A stretch of DNA of 64,000 bases from a virus. The notes below the pieces were generated by a model that was not told where the DNA came from, ran no database searches, and saw nothing but the letters and a program-made list of their open reading frames with translations. Numbering within the stretch: the stretch's first letter is position 1; the number at the start of each line of letters is the position of its first letter. This document shows positions 31,679 through 41,100 of the stretch, piece by piece. The translations under genes were made by a program, and so were the position numbers. The stretch spans positions 1 through 64,000 of IMG/VR virus record IMGVR_UViG_3300025276_000024; one strand, written 5' to 3'.

Positions 31679-33895
31679 ATGATCCCAACAAATTCAAGTG
31701 GCACAACCAATGGGTGTGACAATATATCATCTAATTGCGTTATATGGCAAGGTCCAGACATTACATGTATAGATTTATGTAGTGGAGATACAATTAGTGA
31801 AGTCACATTTAAATTAGCAACAAAGGTATGTAAGCTTATTACTGATGGTGTAGCAGCAAATCCAAGTTTAGTTGGTTTAGATCTCAAATGTTTAAATATT
31901 GTAGGAGTAACTCCTACCACCTTAGTTCCTGTACTGCAGGAAATGGTAGATTCTATATGTAGAAATACAGCATCAGGTGGGGGAAGAAGTAATACAACTA
32001 CATTACCTATAATGACTTTACCTGCATGTTTGCAGTATAATAATAAAGAAGGTAATCCAGTAACTTCATTACCACTAGATCAGTTTGCTACTCTTATAGC
32101 AAATCAAGTATGTACTAATTTAGCTAGTATAAATCTTATTAATTCTACATTAACTAGTTATAGTTCTAGATTAGATGTATTAGAAGCTTGCGTGTTACCT
32201 TGTTCAGGTGGTGTTGTAGAAGCTCAAATTGTTCCTACTTGCGTTAGTAATATAGGAACTTTAACTAATGTCTCAGTAGTAGTACTAGCATTAGAAAGTG
32301 CATTTTGTGCATTTAGGAGTGCAGTAGGTTTAGTTAGTGCAATCAACGGTGCAGTTTCACAAAGTGGTTTAACTGGATCAAGTAAACAATTAGCAGCATC
32401 AACTGGTACATATAGTGGTATAACAGGATGGAATAATAATCCTAATACATTAGCTGAATCAGTACAGAATGCATGGGTTGTAATTGATGATATGTATGCT
32501 GCAATAACAAGTGTTCAAAATAATTGTTGTCCAGGTGGATGTGAAAGTGTAGTATTTGGATATACTACAGCAAATACATTAACAAGTGGATTTATTACGG
32601 ATGTTGTGTTTAACTTTATACCTTCTAGTATACCTAGTACATTTACTGATTCATCTGGTTATAGTCAAATTACTATTACAGATGCTTTAGGTGCTTCAAT
32701 AAATCAAGTGGTAAGTGTTAGTTCATTACAAAACAATACAACAGGTATTTCAATTAATACAGGTTCATTAAATACTTTTCAAAATTTATCTGTAAGTGTA
32801 GACTTTAGAGTAACTGACGGTTCAGATACATGTGAATCAAATTCAGCAAGTGTAATATCAGGTATAGTACCTTGCCCAAACACAACAATAACAAGTATTA
32901 CAGCAACAGGCTTTACATTAAATATTGCTAATGTATTAGGAACTACTGCGGTATATACTATAGATATATTAGATCCATCAAATGTAGTTGTAGCTACATA
33001 CACACAAAATAGCCCATCAGGTAATTTTGCACATGCATTTACTGGTTTAATTGCTAATACAGCATATAATATCAGAACTACAATAGTAATACAAGGAGCT
33101 ACTAAAATTTGTAATTTAATTCCTGTCTCAACACAAGCAGCTGGTTCACCATGTTCAGCTGGATTAGATGTAGCATTTATATTAGATTATTCAGTTTCTA
33201 TGGAGCCTTCAGTAAAAGTTCTTAAATCAGCAATGGGAGGTGTAACAACTACCATAGCTAATCAAGTTGGAGGAAATAACTATAGACTAGGTTTAGTTAC
33301 TGTTGATGAAGATACTTCAGAGTTACCTAATTATGCAGCTTGTACAGATTACACAAGTTTACCTGCATCACAAAAAATCTCAAATACTGGATCAGCTGGA
33401 ACAAACCAGTACTATACAGCATGGGAGATGTTTGCTACGAATAACAAAACAAGCTTTGAATCTACCTTTGCAAAATTAAATGGTGGAGTTGTAGGTGGAG
33501 CTGGATGTATTCAAATGGGTGATGGAGCAGGTTCAGCAGAACCAATGGATATTGCAATTGAAAATGTAGTTGGTGCAAATAATTTTGTTGGAGCATATAA
33601 TTCTAATATTGCTAAATATGTTTTAGCATTTACAGATCAGCTACCATCAGGAGAAGGAAATGCAATGTCATCTACAGTATATGCAAGAATACTAAGCTTA
33701 ATTACGACATGTAACAATAAAGGTATTAAAGTCTTTGTCTTTGGTGCAGGTGTTAATTTAACTTGGGATAATGGTGGAACAATTTCTCCAGCAATATATC
33801 CTTGGAGAGAGTTAGCAACTCAAACAAGTGGTGGATATTTTGCAAATATTGATCAACCAACAATTCAGAATGCAATAATTAATGGATGTGCATAA
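31679..33895 (+). CDS. Cys-rich tail protein with FN3 and vWA domains
   Basis: SSNCVIWQGPDI.C N-term; FTGLIANTAYNI (FN3); LDVAFILDYSVSM (MIDAS DxSxS), RLGLVT, AFTDQ. Confidence 0.8.
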   Translation: MIPTNSSGTTNGCDNISSNCVIWQGPDITCIDLCSGDTISEVTFKLATKVCKLITDGVAANPSLVGLDLKCLNIVGVTPTTLVPVLQEMVDSICRNTASGGGRSNTTTLPIMTLPACLQYNNKEGNPVTSLPLDQFATLIANQVCTNLASINLINSTLTSYSSRLDVLEACVLPCSGGVVEAQIVPTCVSNIGTLTNVSVVVLALESAFCAFRSAVGLVSAINGAVSQSGLTGSSKQLAASTGTYSGITGWNNNPNTLAESVQNAWVVIDDMYAAITSVQNNCCPGGCESVVFGYTTANTLTSGFITDVVFNFIPSSIPSTFTDSSGYSQITITDALGASINQVVSVSSLQNNTTGISINTGSLNTFQNLSVSVDFRVTDGSDTCESNSASVISGIVPCPNTTITSITATGFTLNIANVLGTTAVYTIDILDPSNVVVATYTQNSPSGNFAHAFTGLIANTAYNIRTTIVIQGATKICNLIPVSTQAAGSPCSAGLDVAFILDYSVSMEPSVKVLKSAMGGVTTTIANQVGGNNYRLGLVTVDEDTSELPNYAACTDYTSLPASQKISNTGSAGTNQYYTAWEMFATNNKTSFESTFAKLNGGVVGGAGCIQMGDGAGSAEPMDIAIENVVGANNFVGAYNSNIAKYVLAFTDQLPSGEGNAMSSTVYARILSLITTCNNKGIKVFVFGAGVNLTWDNGGTISPAIYPWRELATQTSGGYFANIDQPTIQNAIINGCA

Positions 33896-33919
33896 AAGAA
33901 AAAAATAAAAAATAAAAAA

Positions 33920-34480
33920 ATGGCATGTAATTGTACAAAATGTAGTCAAAAATGTGGATGTGCTGATACAGCAATCACTAATGCATGTACATACACTGAT
34001 TGTAGTGTAGGTAGTGAAAGATGTGATGATGTTCAGTGTGCATCATGTGTAAGTTATTGTGGTACTTCATTTCAAATTGGAGCTGCTAATGCACAGATAA
34101 CAATAACTTCTGGGGAAAGATTAGATTCTATTATTCAGAAGTACGCTATGATATTAGCAAATGGATTAGGTAGTTGTACATCAAATGATACTCAACATGA
34201 TCCATACAATGTATATGCAGGAACAGTAACAAATAGTACAATTTCAGTATTATGGGATGGTATATATAGTAGTAGTAATGGAGTTAATGTTTATATTGAT
34301 ACTCAAGTTAGTCCAAGTGGATGGGTATTACAAAACACAAGTCCAATAGTTGTTACAACAAATAACTTTACTATTTCAAATTTAGTGGCTAGTACAGCAT
34401 ATAAAATAAAAGTTGTTGATAATGGGAACTCAGCTTCCTGTAAACCAATAGAAATACTTATTTCTACATTAGCAACATAA
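33920..34480 (+). CDS. Cys-rich protein with FN3 domain
   Basis: 11 Cys in first 47 aa; FTISNLVASTAYKIKV. Confidence 0.75.
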   Translation: MACNCTKCSQKCGCADTAITNACTYTDCSVGSERCDDVQCASCVSYCGTSFQIGAANAQITITSGERLDSIIQKYAMILANGLGSCTSNDTQHDPYNVYAGTVTNSTISVLWDGIYSSSNGVNVYIDTQVSPSGWVLQNTSPIVVTTNNFTISNLVASTAYKIKVVDNGNSASCKPIEILISTLAT

Positions 34481-34485
34481 AAGAA

Positions 34486-34562
34486 CAACATGCAAGTGGT
34501 TTGTTGGTTTTCTACTGCAAACGTTGGAAGAGGCTGGGTTTCACCTGGTCTCTTTTTTTTTT
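34486..34562 (+). ncRNA. Candidate 3'-UTR small RNA (hairpin with 12-nt loop + terminator)
   Basis: TGC(A)AGTGG-[TTTGTTGGTTTT]-CTACTGCA closed by CAAC/GTTG, followed by a terminator. Confidence 0.35.
34528..34562 (+). terminator. Intrinsic terminator
   Basis: AGAGGCTGGGT-TTC-ACCTGGTCTCT + T tract. Confidence 0.85.
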
Positions 34563-34599
34563 ACTATCTTTACAATAAAAAATCTTAATAAAAAAATCA

Positions 34600-35823
34600 A
34601 TGGCTAATTTAAAACAAAAAGTTCTAGACAGTTTAAAATGGAAAAAACATCCTTCTTATTGTGCTGATAAATTAAATATCACAGAAGACCAATATGTAAA
34701 ATTAAAGAAAAGCATTTTACGTGAAAGAAAAGTCAAAAAGAAAAAATCAATATTCTTTAATAAAGCTGCAGATAATGCACAACTAGTTGAATCAATTGAT
34801 TTAGAAAGAGGAGAAGGAAAAATATCAGGAACATTTGATTATGAACCTAAAAGTGCTGAAGAAATAATTTCTTTATTAAAGATAGATACAAATAAATGGA
34901 AGCTATCACAATATTGGAATAAACAAATGGGTGATCATTGGAGAGTGTCAGCTTTAGTTTCTCAAGTTAAAAATCCAGAAGAAAAATTATTTGAAGAGTT
35001 ATTAGCAAATTGGAATCCTAAAACATATAAAATACCCAAAGTAAATTTAAAGAAAATTAAATCAGATGAACCTGTGTGTGGTGTAATATCTTTACAAGAT
35101 ATACATTTTGGTAAAGAAGGTAATGACACCATAGATAAAGATTTTGAAGATACTGTTACATATCTTATTAACAAAGCTGCTCCAGTAAACTATATAGAAA
35201 GAATGTATTTTGTAGTAGGAGGAGATATAATTAATATGGATACCTTTTCTGGTACAACTACAGGCGGAACTCCAGTAGACAACTGCATGAGTGCTACTCA
35301 GGCTTACGTACAGGCATTTGATGCTATGCATTGGGCTATTAACTACATTAAAGCTTTCTGTAAGGAATTAGTGGTTGTATACGTCCCAGGTAATCATGAT
35401 AGATTATCTTCATATCATTTAGTGCATGCTTTATCTATGTCAATAGAAAGTACAGAGATAACTTGGGATACTAAATATGAAGAAAGAAAAGTACATGTAT
35501 GGCATAATAACTTTAATGCTTTTGAACATGGAGATAAACGTAGTAAAAATAATCCATTAATATATGCTTCAGAATACCCAAAACAATGGGGTGCTACAAC
35601 TAATAGAACATTATTTAAAGGACACATTCATACAGATAGGAAAGTTGAGTATATGACTTCAAATGAAACAGCAGGTTTTATAGAAAAGACTTTACCAAGT
35701 TTAGGAAAAACAGATTACTATCATTACAGCAATAAATTTGTAGGCAACAGGAGGTCAGGTAAACTTGAACTGCAACATCCTACAATGGGTAATATATGTG
35801 AATTAACATACCAAGCTTTGTAA
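34600..35823 (+). CDS. Calcineurin-like metallophosphoesterase with N-terminal HTH-like region
   Basis: DIH, GDIIN.D, PGNHD, HGD, GHIH motifs. Confidence 0.9.
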   Translation: MANLKQKVLDSLKWKKHPSYCADKLNITEDQYVKLKKSILRERKVKKKKSIFFNKAADNAQLVESIDLERGEGKISGTFDYEPKSAEEIISLLKIDTNKWKLSQYWNKQMGDHWRVSALVSQVKNPEEKLFEELLANWNPKTYKIPKVNLKKIKSDEPVCGVISLQDIHFGKEGNDTIDKDFEDTVTYLINKAAPVNYIERMYFVVGGDIINMDTFSGTTTGGTPVDNCMSATQAYVQAFDAMHWAINYIKAFCKELVVVYVPGNHDRLSSYHLVHALSMSIESTEITWDTKYEERKVHVWHNNFNAFEHGDKRSKNNPLIYASEYPKQWGATTNRTLFKGHIHTDRKVEYMTSNETAGFIEKTLPSLGKTDYYHYSNKFVGNRRSGKLELQHPTMGNICELTYQAL

Positions 35824-35824
35824 A

Positions 35825-35861
35825 GACCTCACTTTTAATTTCATTAAGTGGGGTTTTTTTT
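35825..35861 (+). terminator. Intrinsic terminator
   Basis: ACCTCACTT..AAGTGGGGT + T tract; overlaps variant motif TTTGTAAATTA (35859). Confidence 0.8.
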
Positions 35862-35882
35862 GTAAATTATAAATATAACTGT

Positions 35883-36449
35883 ATGATCAACAATTTTAAA
35901 AAACCTAATTTAAATGCTCCTAGATATAGGGAAAAAAGATTAGGGTTATTAAATGAAGAAACAATAAAAGAGTTTAAAGAGAAAAAACCTTTATACTCTG
36001 ATATAGATAGTATAAAATTAAAAAAAATAATTAAGACATATAATGTTAGACTTTGGAATGCTGTAGTAGATAATAGAGATGGTGTTGAGTTACCTGATTC
36101 ATTAGGATATCTTTTTATAGGTACATGTCCTTCTTCAAAATCAGTCAATACAAATTATGCATTATCAAATCAATATGGTAAAGTCTTACAAAACAAAAAT
36201 TGGGAAACAGATGGCAACTTAGGTAAAATATTTTATACAAACTATTCAACTAAATATAGATTTAAAAATAGAGAGTTGTGGAGGTTTGTAGCATGTAGAG
36301 ATTTCAAAAGATCTGTTGCAAAATTTTATCCCATTAATTGGACAAAGTATGTAGTAATGAAAAACAAATATAAGGTGGCTCATTTATATGATGAAAATCC
36401 TGAAGAAACTAGCAAAGCATTAAAGAATTATAATGAATTTGAAAAATAG
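35883..36449 (+). CDS. IHF/HU-like protein of the crAss tail module
   Basis: DGVELPDSLGYLFI..WRFVACRDFKR; conserved position before ring/tube genes. Confidence 0.7.
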   Translation: MINNFKKPNLNAPRYREKRLGLLNEETIKEFKEKKPLYSDIDSIKLKKIIKTYNVRLWNAVVDNRDGVELPDSLGYLFIGTCPSSKSVNTNYALSNQYGKVLQNKNWETDGNLGKIFYTNYSTKYRFKNRELWRFVACRDFKRSVAKFYPINWTKYVVMKNKYKVAHLYDENPEETSKALKNYNEFEK

Positions 36450-36454
36450 AAAAC

Positions 36455-37129
36455 ATGGCAACAATAGCAGAAGTAGTATCTAGAATTAGAGGTCAAGTAA
36501 AAGCAGGAGTTCAAGATGCTTTTGTTACTGATAGATATATCTACAGCTTAATAGAAAAGTATGCTCAGTTTTTAATGAGAAGACAAGACTATGCAAATAA
36601 ATTATTAAAATTTAATTCAGTATGGAAAACATTACCATATGTAGAATTAATTGACGTAGATAAAATAGAAGCTCATTGTGCTGGTATACAAAGTGGATGT
36701 ACAATAAAACGTACAAAATTAAAGCTACCTTCAATGTTTGAAGGGTACTGGGGTCCTTTAATCCGTACTATTAGTTCAATAGATGGATCACAAGAATTAC
36801 AAGGAACTCAACCTGGCACATATACTTCATTAACAAAAACAACTTCTTTTAGATATAATAAAACTTTATATTTTTGGTGGTTAGATGGATATATTTATTG
36901 TCCTAATATAGCATGGGATGCAATTAAAGTAGAAGGTGTATTTGATTCTGATATAACTAATTGGGATTGTGATACTGAAAATGATTGTACACCTAGGTAT
37001 AATCAAGAAATATATATACCAGAAGCATTGTTTGCAGAAATAGAAAGTCAAGTTATTGCTACTATGTCAGGTACATTACAAATACCATCTGAAGATTCAG
37101 ATAATAAACGTAACCTAGCTAGAACATAA
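36455..37129 (+). CDS. Tail ring protein
   Basis: TIAEVVSRIR..TDRYIY..IKRTK.KLP..YFWWLDGYIY..VEGVF. Confidence 0.75.
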   Translation: MATIAEVVSRIRGQVKAGVQDAFVTDRYIYSLIEKYAQFLMRRQDYANKLLKFNSVWKTLPYVELIDVDKIEAHCAGIQSGCTIKRTKLKLPSMFEGYWGPLIRTISSIDGSQELQGTQPGTYTSLTKTTSFRYNKTLYFWWLDGYIYCPNIAWDAIKVEGVFDSDITNWDCDTENDCTPRYNQEIYIPEALFAEIESQVIATMSGTLQIPSEDSDNKRNLART

Positions 37130-37140
37130 AAATTATAACA

Positions 37141-38094
37141 ATGGGAGTATCACAAAAATATAGAACTTTTAGTCAATTAATGGAGGATGTCTCTATTGAT
37201 TTTTCAACATACGCATTAGAAGGTTTGATTGAACCAGCACAATTAATTAAAGTTGCAACAAGAGTAAACTATGATTTAGGTCTTAAGATTCATAGAACTA
37301 AAGAAGTTATTATAGATATTGAACATGGCAGAGGTCAAATGCCTATGGATTTTCAATATTTAAATTATGCATTTAGATGTGGTTCATATACTATTAATCA
37401 GACAATGCCTTCAGGAACACATATTGAAACATTTAATGATGTACCATATGTACCTGCACCAGGTGAAGTTGCTCCTTGTGAAGATGGAAAAGTATGTAAA
37501 GATGTATGTGTAGTCAAAACTTGTGATGATAAAAATAGTTATCAATTGGTACAAAGAGTTGGTCCAAATAATTTTAGAACATTTAATACTTGGACGGAAT
37601 TAAGAATTAAAGATGTAAATGATAAAGTATGTTATTGTCCTAGTTTAGGTGCACAAGCAATAGACATTGCTGAGATTAAAGACGGTTTTTTAGTTACAAC
37701 ATTTAGAACAGGTAAAGTTTATATTAGTTACCAAGGTGCAATGGAAAATGCTGAGGGAGATCTATTAGTATTAGATCAACCATATTGTAATGAATATTAT
37801 GAATATGCAATAAAACAAAGAATATTAGAAAACATGGTTTGGAATGGTGAGAATGTTTCTCAACAATTACAACTAGTTGAAGGAAGGTTAAGGGGTGCAA
37901 GGAATAATGCATTAAGTTTTGTCAATACACCAGATTTTGCAGATATGAGAAAGGTGTGGCATATGAATAGAAGAGCACAATATCATAATTATTATAACAT
38001 GTTTTTAAGTTATGCACCTTCTAATCCAAGAGTAGTTAGTGCACCCAATACATTACCAAGTTCAACAGCAACAACAGCATGTCCAACTTGTTAA
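37141..38094 (+). CDS. Tail tubular/ring protein (P22 gp4-like)
   Basis: MPMDF, TTFRTGKVYISYQG..EGDLLV.D; directly before the muzzle gene. Confidence 0.75.
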   Translation: MGVSQKYRTFSQLMEDVSIDFSTYALEGLIEPAQLIKVATRVNYDLGLKIHRTKEVIIDIEHGRGQMPMDFQYLNYAFRCGSYTINQTMPSGTHIETFNDVPYVPAPGEVAPCEDGKVCKDVCVVKTCDDKNSYQLVQRVGPNNFRTFNTWTELRIKDVNDKVCYCPSLGAQAIDIAEIKDGFLVTTFRTGKVYISYQGAMENAEGDLLVLDQPYCNEYYEYAIKQRILENMVWNGENVSQQLQLVEGRLRGARNNALSFVNTPDFADMRKVWHMNRRAQYHNYYNMFLSYAPSNPRVVSAPNTLPSSTATTACPTC

Positions 38095-38108
38095 ACAAGT
38101 AATATATT

Positions 38109-41100
38109 ATGGCAAAAAAAAAAGAATCTAATCCTACTCCTACTCCAAGAAATGGATCATCATCAGTAAATATAAATTCATTTAATAAAGGAATGAACAA
38201 GGATGTTGCTCCTTCATTTGAAAGTCAACAATCTTGGTGGCATGCACGTAATGCAGCAAATAATTCAGAAGACGGTGATTTAGGATTAATAGGTAATGAA
38301 CCATCTAACTTACAATGTGGTGTAATTCCCTATACAGTTATTGGTGCAATACATAGATTTGGTGATGAATGGATAGTTTACTCAACAGATAATATCAGTT
38401 CAGAAATAGGTAGGTTTGATGATAGTGAATGTAAGTATACTACAATAGTAAATGATCCTTGTTTAAATTTTAGTACAAAACATTTAATAACTGGTGCAGC
38501 AAAAGAAAACTTTGATTGTACGTGGGAAGTGTATTGGGATGATGCTAATAATCCATCTAGAGCATTTAATATTGATAATGTACCATATAAAAAAGTTCAA
38601 ATTACCGGACCACTTATTGATGGAGATCCATGTGTTACTTTTGAAGTTATTGAACCTAAGCAATTAAATTGTGAAGAGATTAGATTAGCTCCGTTGTTAG
38701 ATACACCGTGTGTTAAACTTACTCAAGCTACTGATGGTGGTATGATACGTAATGGTACATATCAAGCATTTATAGCATATGTAGAAAATGAACAACGTGT
38801 AACAGATTATATAGGTGTATCAAATTTACAAACTATATGGAGTCATGAAGGTGGCTCAGGATCATTAGAAATAACTTTAACTAATTTAGATCAATCATAT
38901 TTCTTTTATGAATTGATTATATTAAGAAGAAATCAAGGACAAACATCAGCAAAGAAAATTGGTCTTTACAGTACAGAGCAATCATCAATTAATATTGATT
39001 TTATTGATGAAGCATTGGTAGCCATAGATTTAAAATTAATTCCATTGCGTAGTCCTGCATATGAAAAGTCAGAATCAATGTTTGTTGTAAATGACTGGTT
39101 AATTAGACAGGGACCTACTGAACAGTTTGATTTTAATTATCAACCTATAGCAAATAATATCACAACTAATTGGGTAGTAAATCAAGTAAGTAGTAAGTAT
39201 TATATATTAGGTGGAAACAAATTAGGTTTCATGCGTGATGAACAATATGCATTTTTTATAAGGTGGATATATAATACAGGTGAAAGGTCATCATCATATC
39301 ACATACCTGGAAGAGCACCTAGAGATTATACATTACCTAGTGGTATAGATAAATTAGAAAATGAACCTATTTCTGGAGATAATACAATAGGGACTGAACC
39401 TCTTTTTCACGTTTATAATACAGCTGATGCAATATCTTTAAATATTAGTGAAGTACAAGAAGATGACTCATTAGTTATTGCAAGAGGTGAGATGGGTTAT
39501 TGGGAATCAACAGAACTTTACCCATCTAACAGACCAGATATTTGGGGTGATTTATGTGGTAAACCTATTAGACATCATAAAATGCCTGATGAATCTCTTG
39601 GCGGTTCAGCTTCACCTCTACATATAAGTACAACAACTGGAGATTTAATTAATTTAATAGGTGTTGAGTTTTCAAATATAGGTAGGCCTAAATATAATAA
39701 TGGATCATATATAGAAAATATTGTTGGCTATGAAATATTACGTGGGTCAAGACAAGGGGCAAGATCCATATTAGCAAAGGGTATGTTTAAAAACATGCGT
39801 AAATATAGAATTCCTAATGCAGAAAATTTATTAGGGAACTCTCAAGGTTTATACCCCAATTATCCATATAACTCATTACAAGATGATGTATTCTTTTTTG
39901 ATGCTGGTAATAATCCAGATGCTGAAGATACACTAACAACAGGTTGTGATAATTTTACACAATCAATAAATGCTTATCCTCCATTAAGTGGATATACTAA
40001 AGATGTATTTACATTTAGTGCACCAGATTTAATGTTTGCCAAGCCTTTTTTAAATGCTTATGAAACAAAAATATATGGAGCAATACATGGTAAAGCAAAT
40101 GGTTCATTTGTACCTTCTGAAGACCATCCACAATTTAAATTATTAAGACCCAAAGCGGCTACTCTAGCTTGTGTGATTGGTATTGGTTATGCATTAAATG
40201 CTGTACAAGGAACTCAGTCTAAGGGTTTAAACCCATTACAAGCAAATAACCTTGCAGGTGCACCTTTTGTTGGTGTAGTTCCTCCTGTGTTGTCTGTTGG
40301 TTATCCTACTATTGGTACTGCTAGTGGTGGAGGTCTTTCATTATTTAATCTTCTTCAAGGTTTATTAATGGATACTTTACTAGATGGAGTTGTTGATATG
40401 GGTGATTTATATTCTGGTGGTGTTCTATCTCAATTAGTATACCAAGCAGAAAATACAGCTAACTTAATTAAAGCTTCTGTAGTTCCTGGTGCATCAGGTG
40501 GTGGTACTACATCTAATACAACATTTGATAAACCAGAAGGATCACTACCAACACTTTTAAGAGCCTTTATAGGTATATCAATGGCTCAAAAAAATATTGC
40601 TATAGGAGGTAATGAAATTATTGATCTATTTTATAATCTTGTAGATGAAGCTGACTTTGTATATAAATATAATTCAGTAGGTTTTTATAATACTTTTGAA
40701 AAAGTTAACCGCAATAATATATTCAGAACTAAAAATCATGATGCAAATTATTTAGGTTCTTCATTTCAAACTTTTGATGGTATAAAATATAAAATTAATA
40801 ATTTATTTAGACCATCCACAATAGCTGTATCAACAGTTAATGAATTAGATAATCCACCTGTAATAGATAATTCTAGATTTTCATTAGGGGGTTATATAAA
40901 TCAAAATGGTAGTACTGTTGATTTTGAAAACAAGTATATGAAGAATCCATCTGGGGCAAGTTCAATACAAACAAATATTTCAGCTTTATATGGTGCATTA
41001 AAATATAACTTTGATAATCAGTACGGACAGCTAGATGGAGTTAAGCAAATACAGATGCGTGGTTGTGTAGAACCAATAGGAGGATTAGATAAAGACGGAA

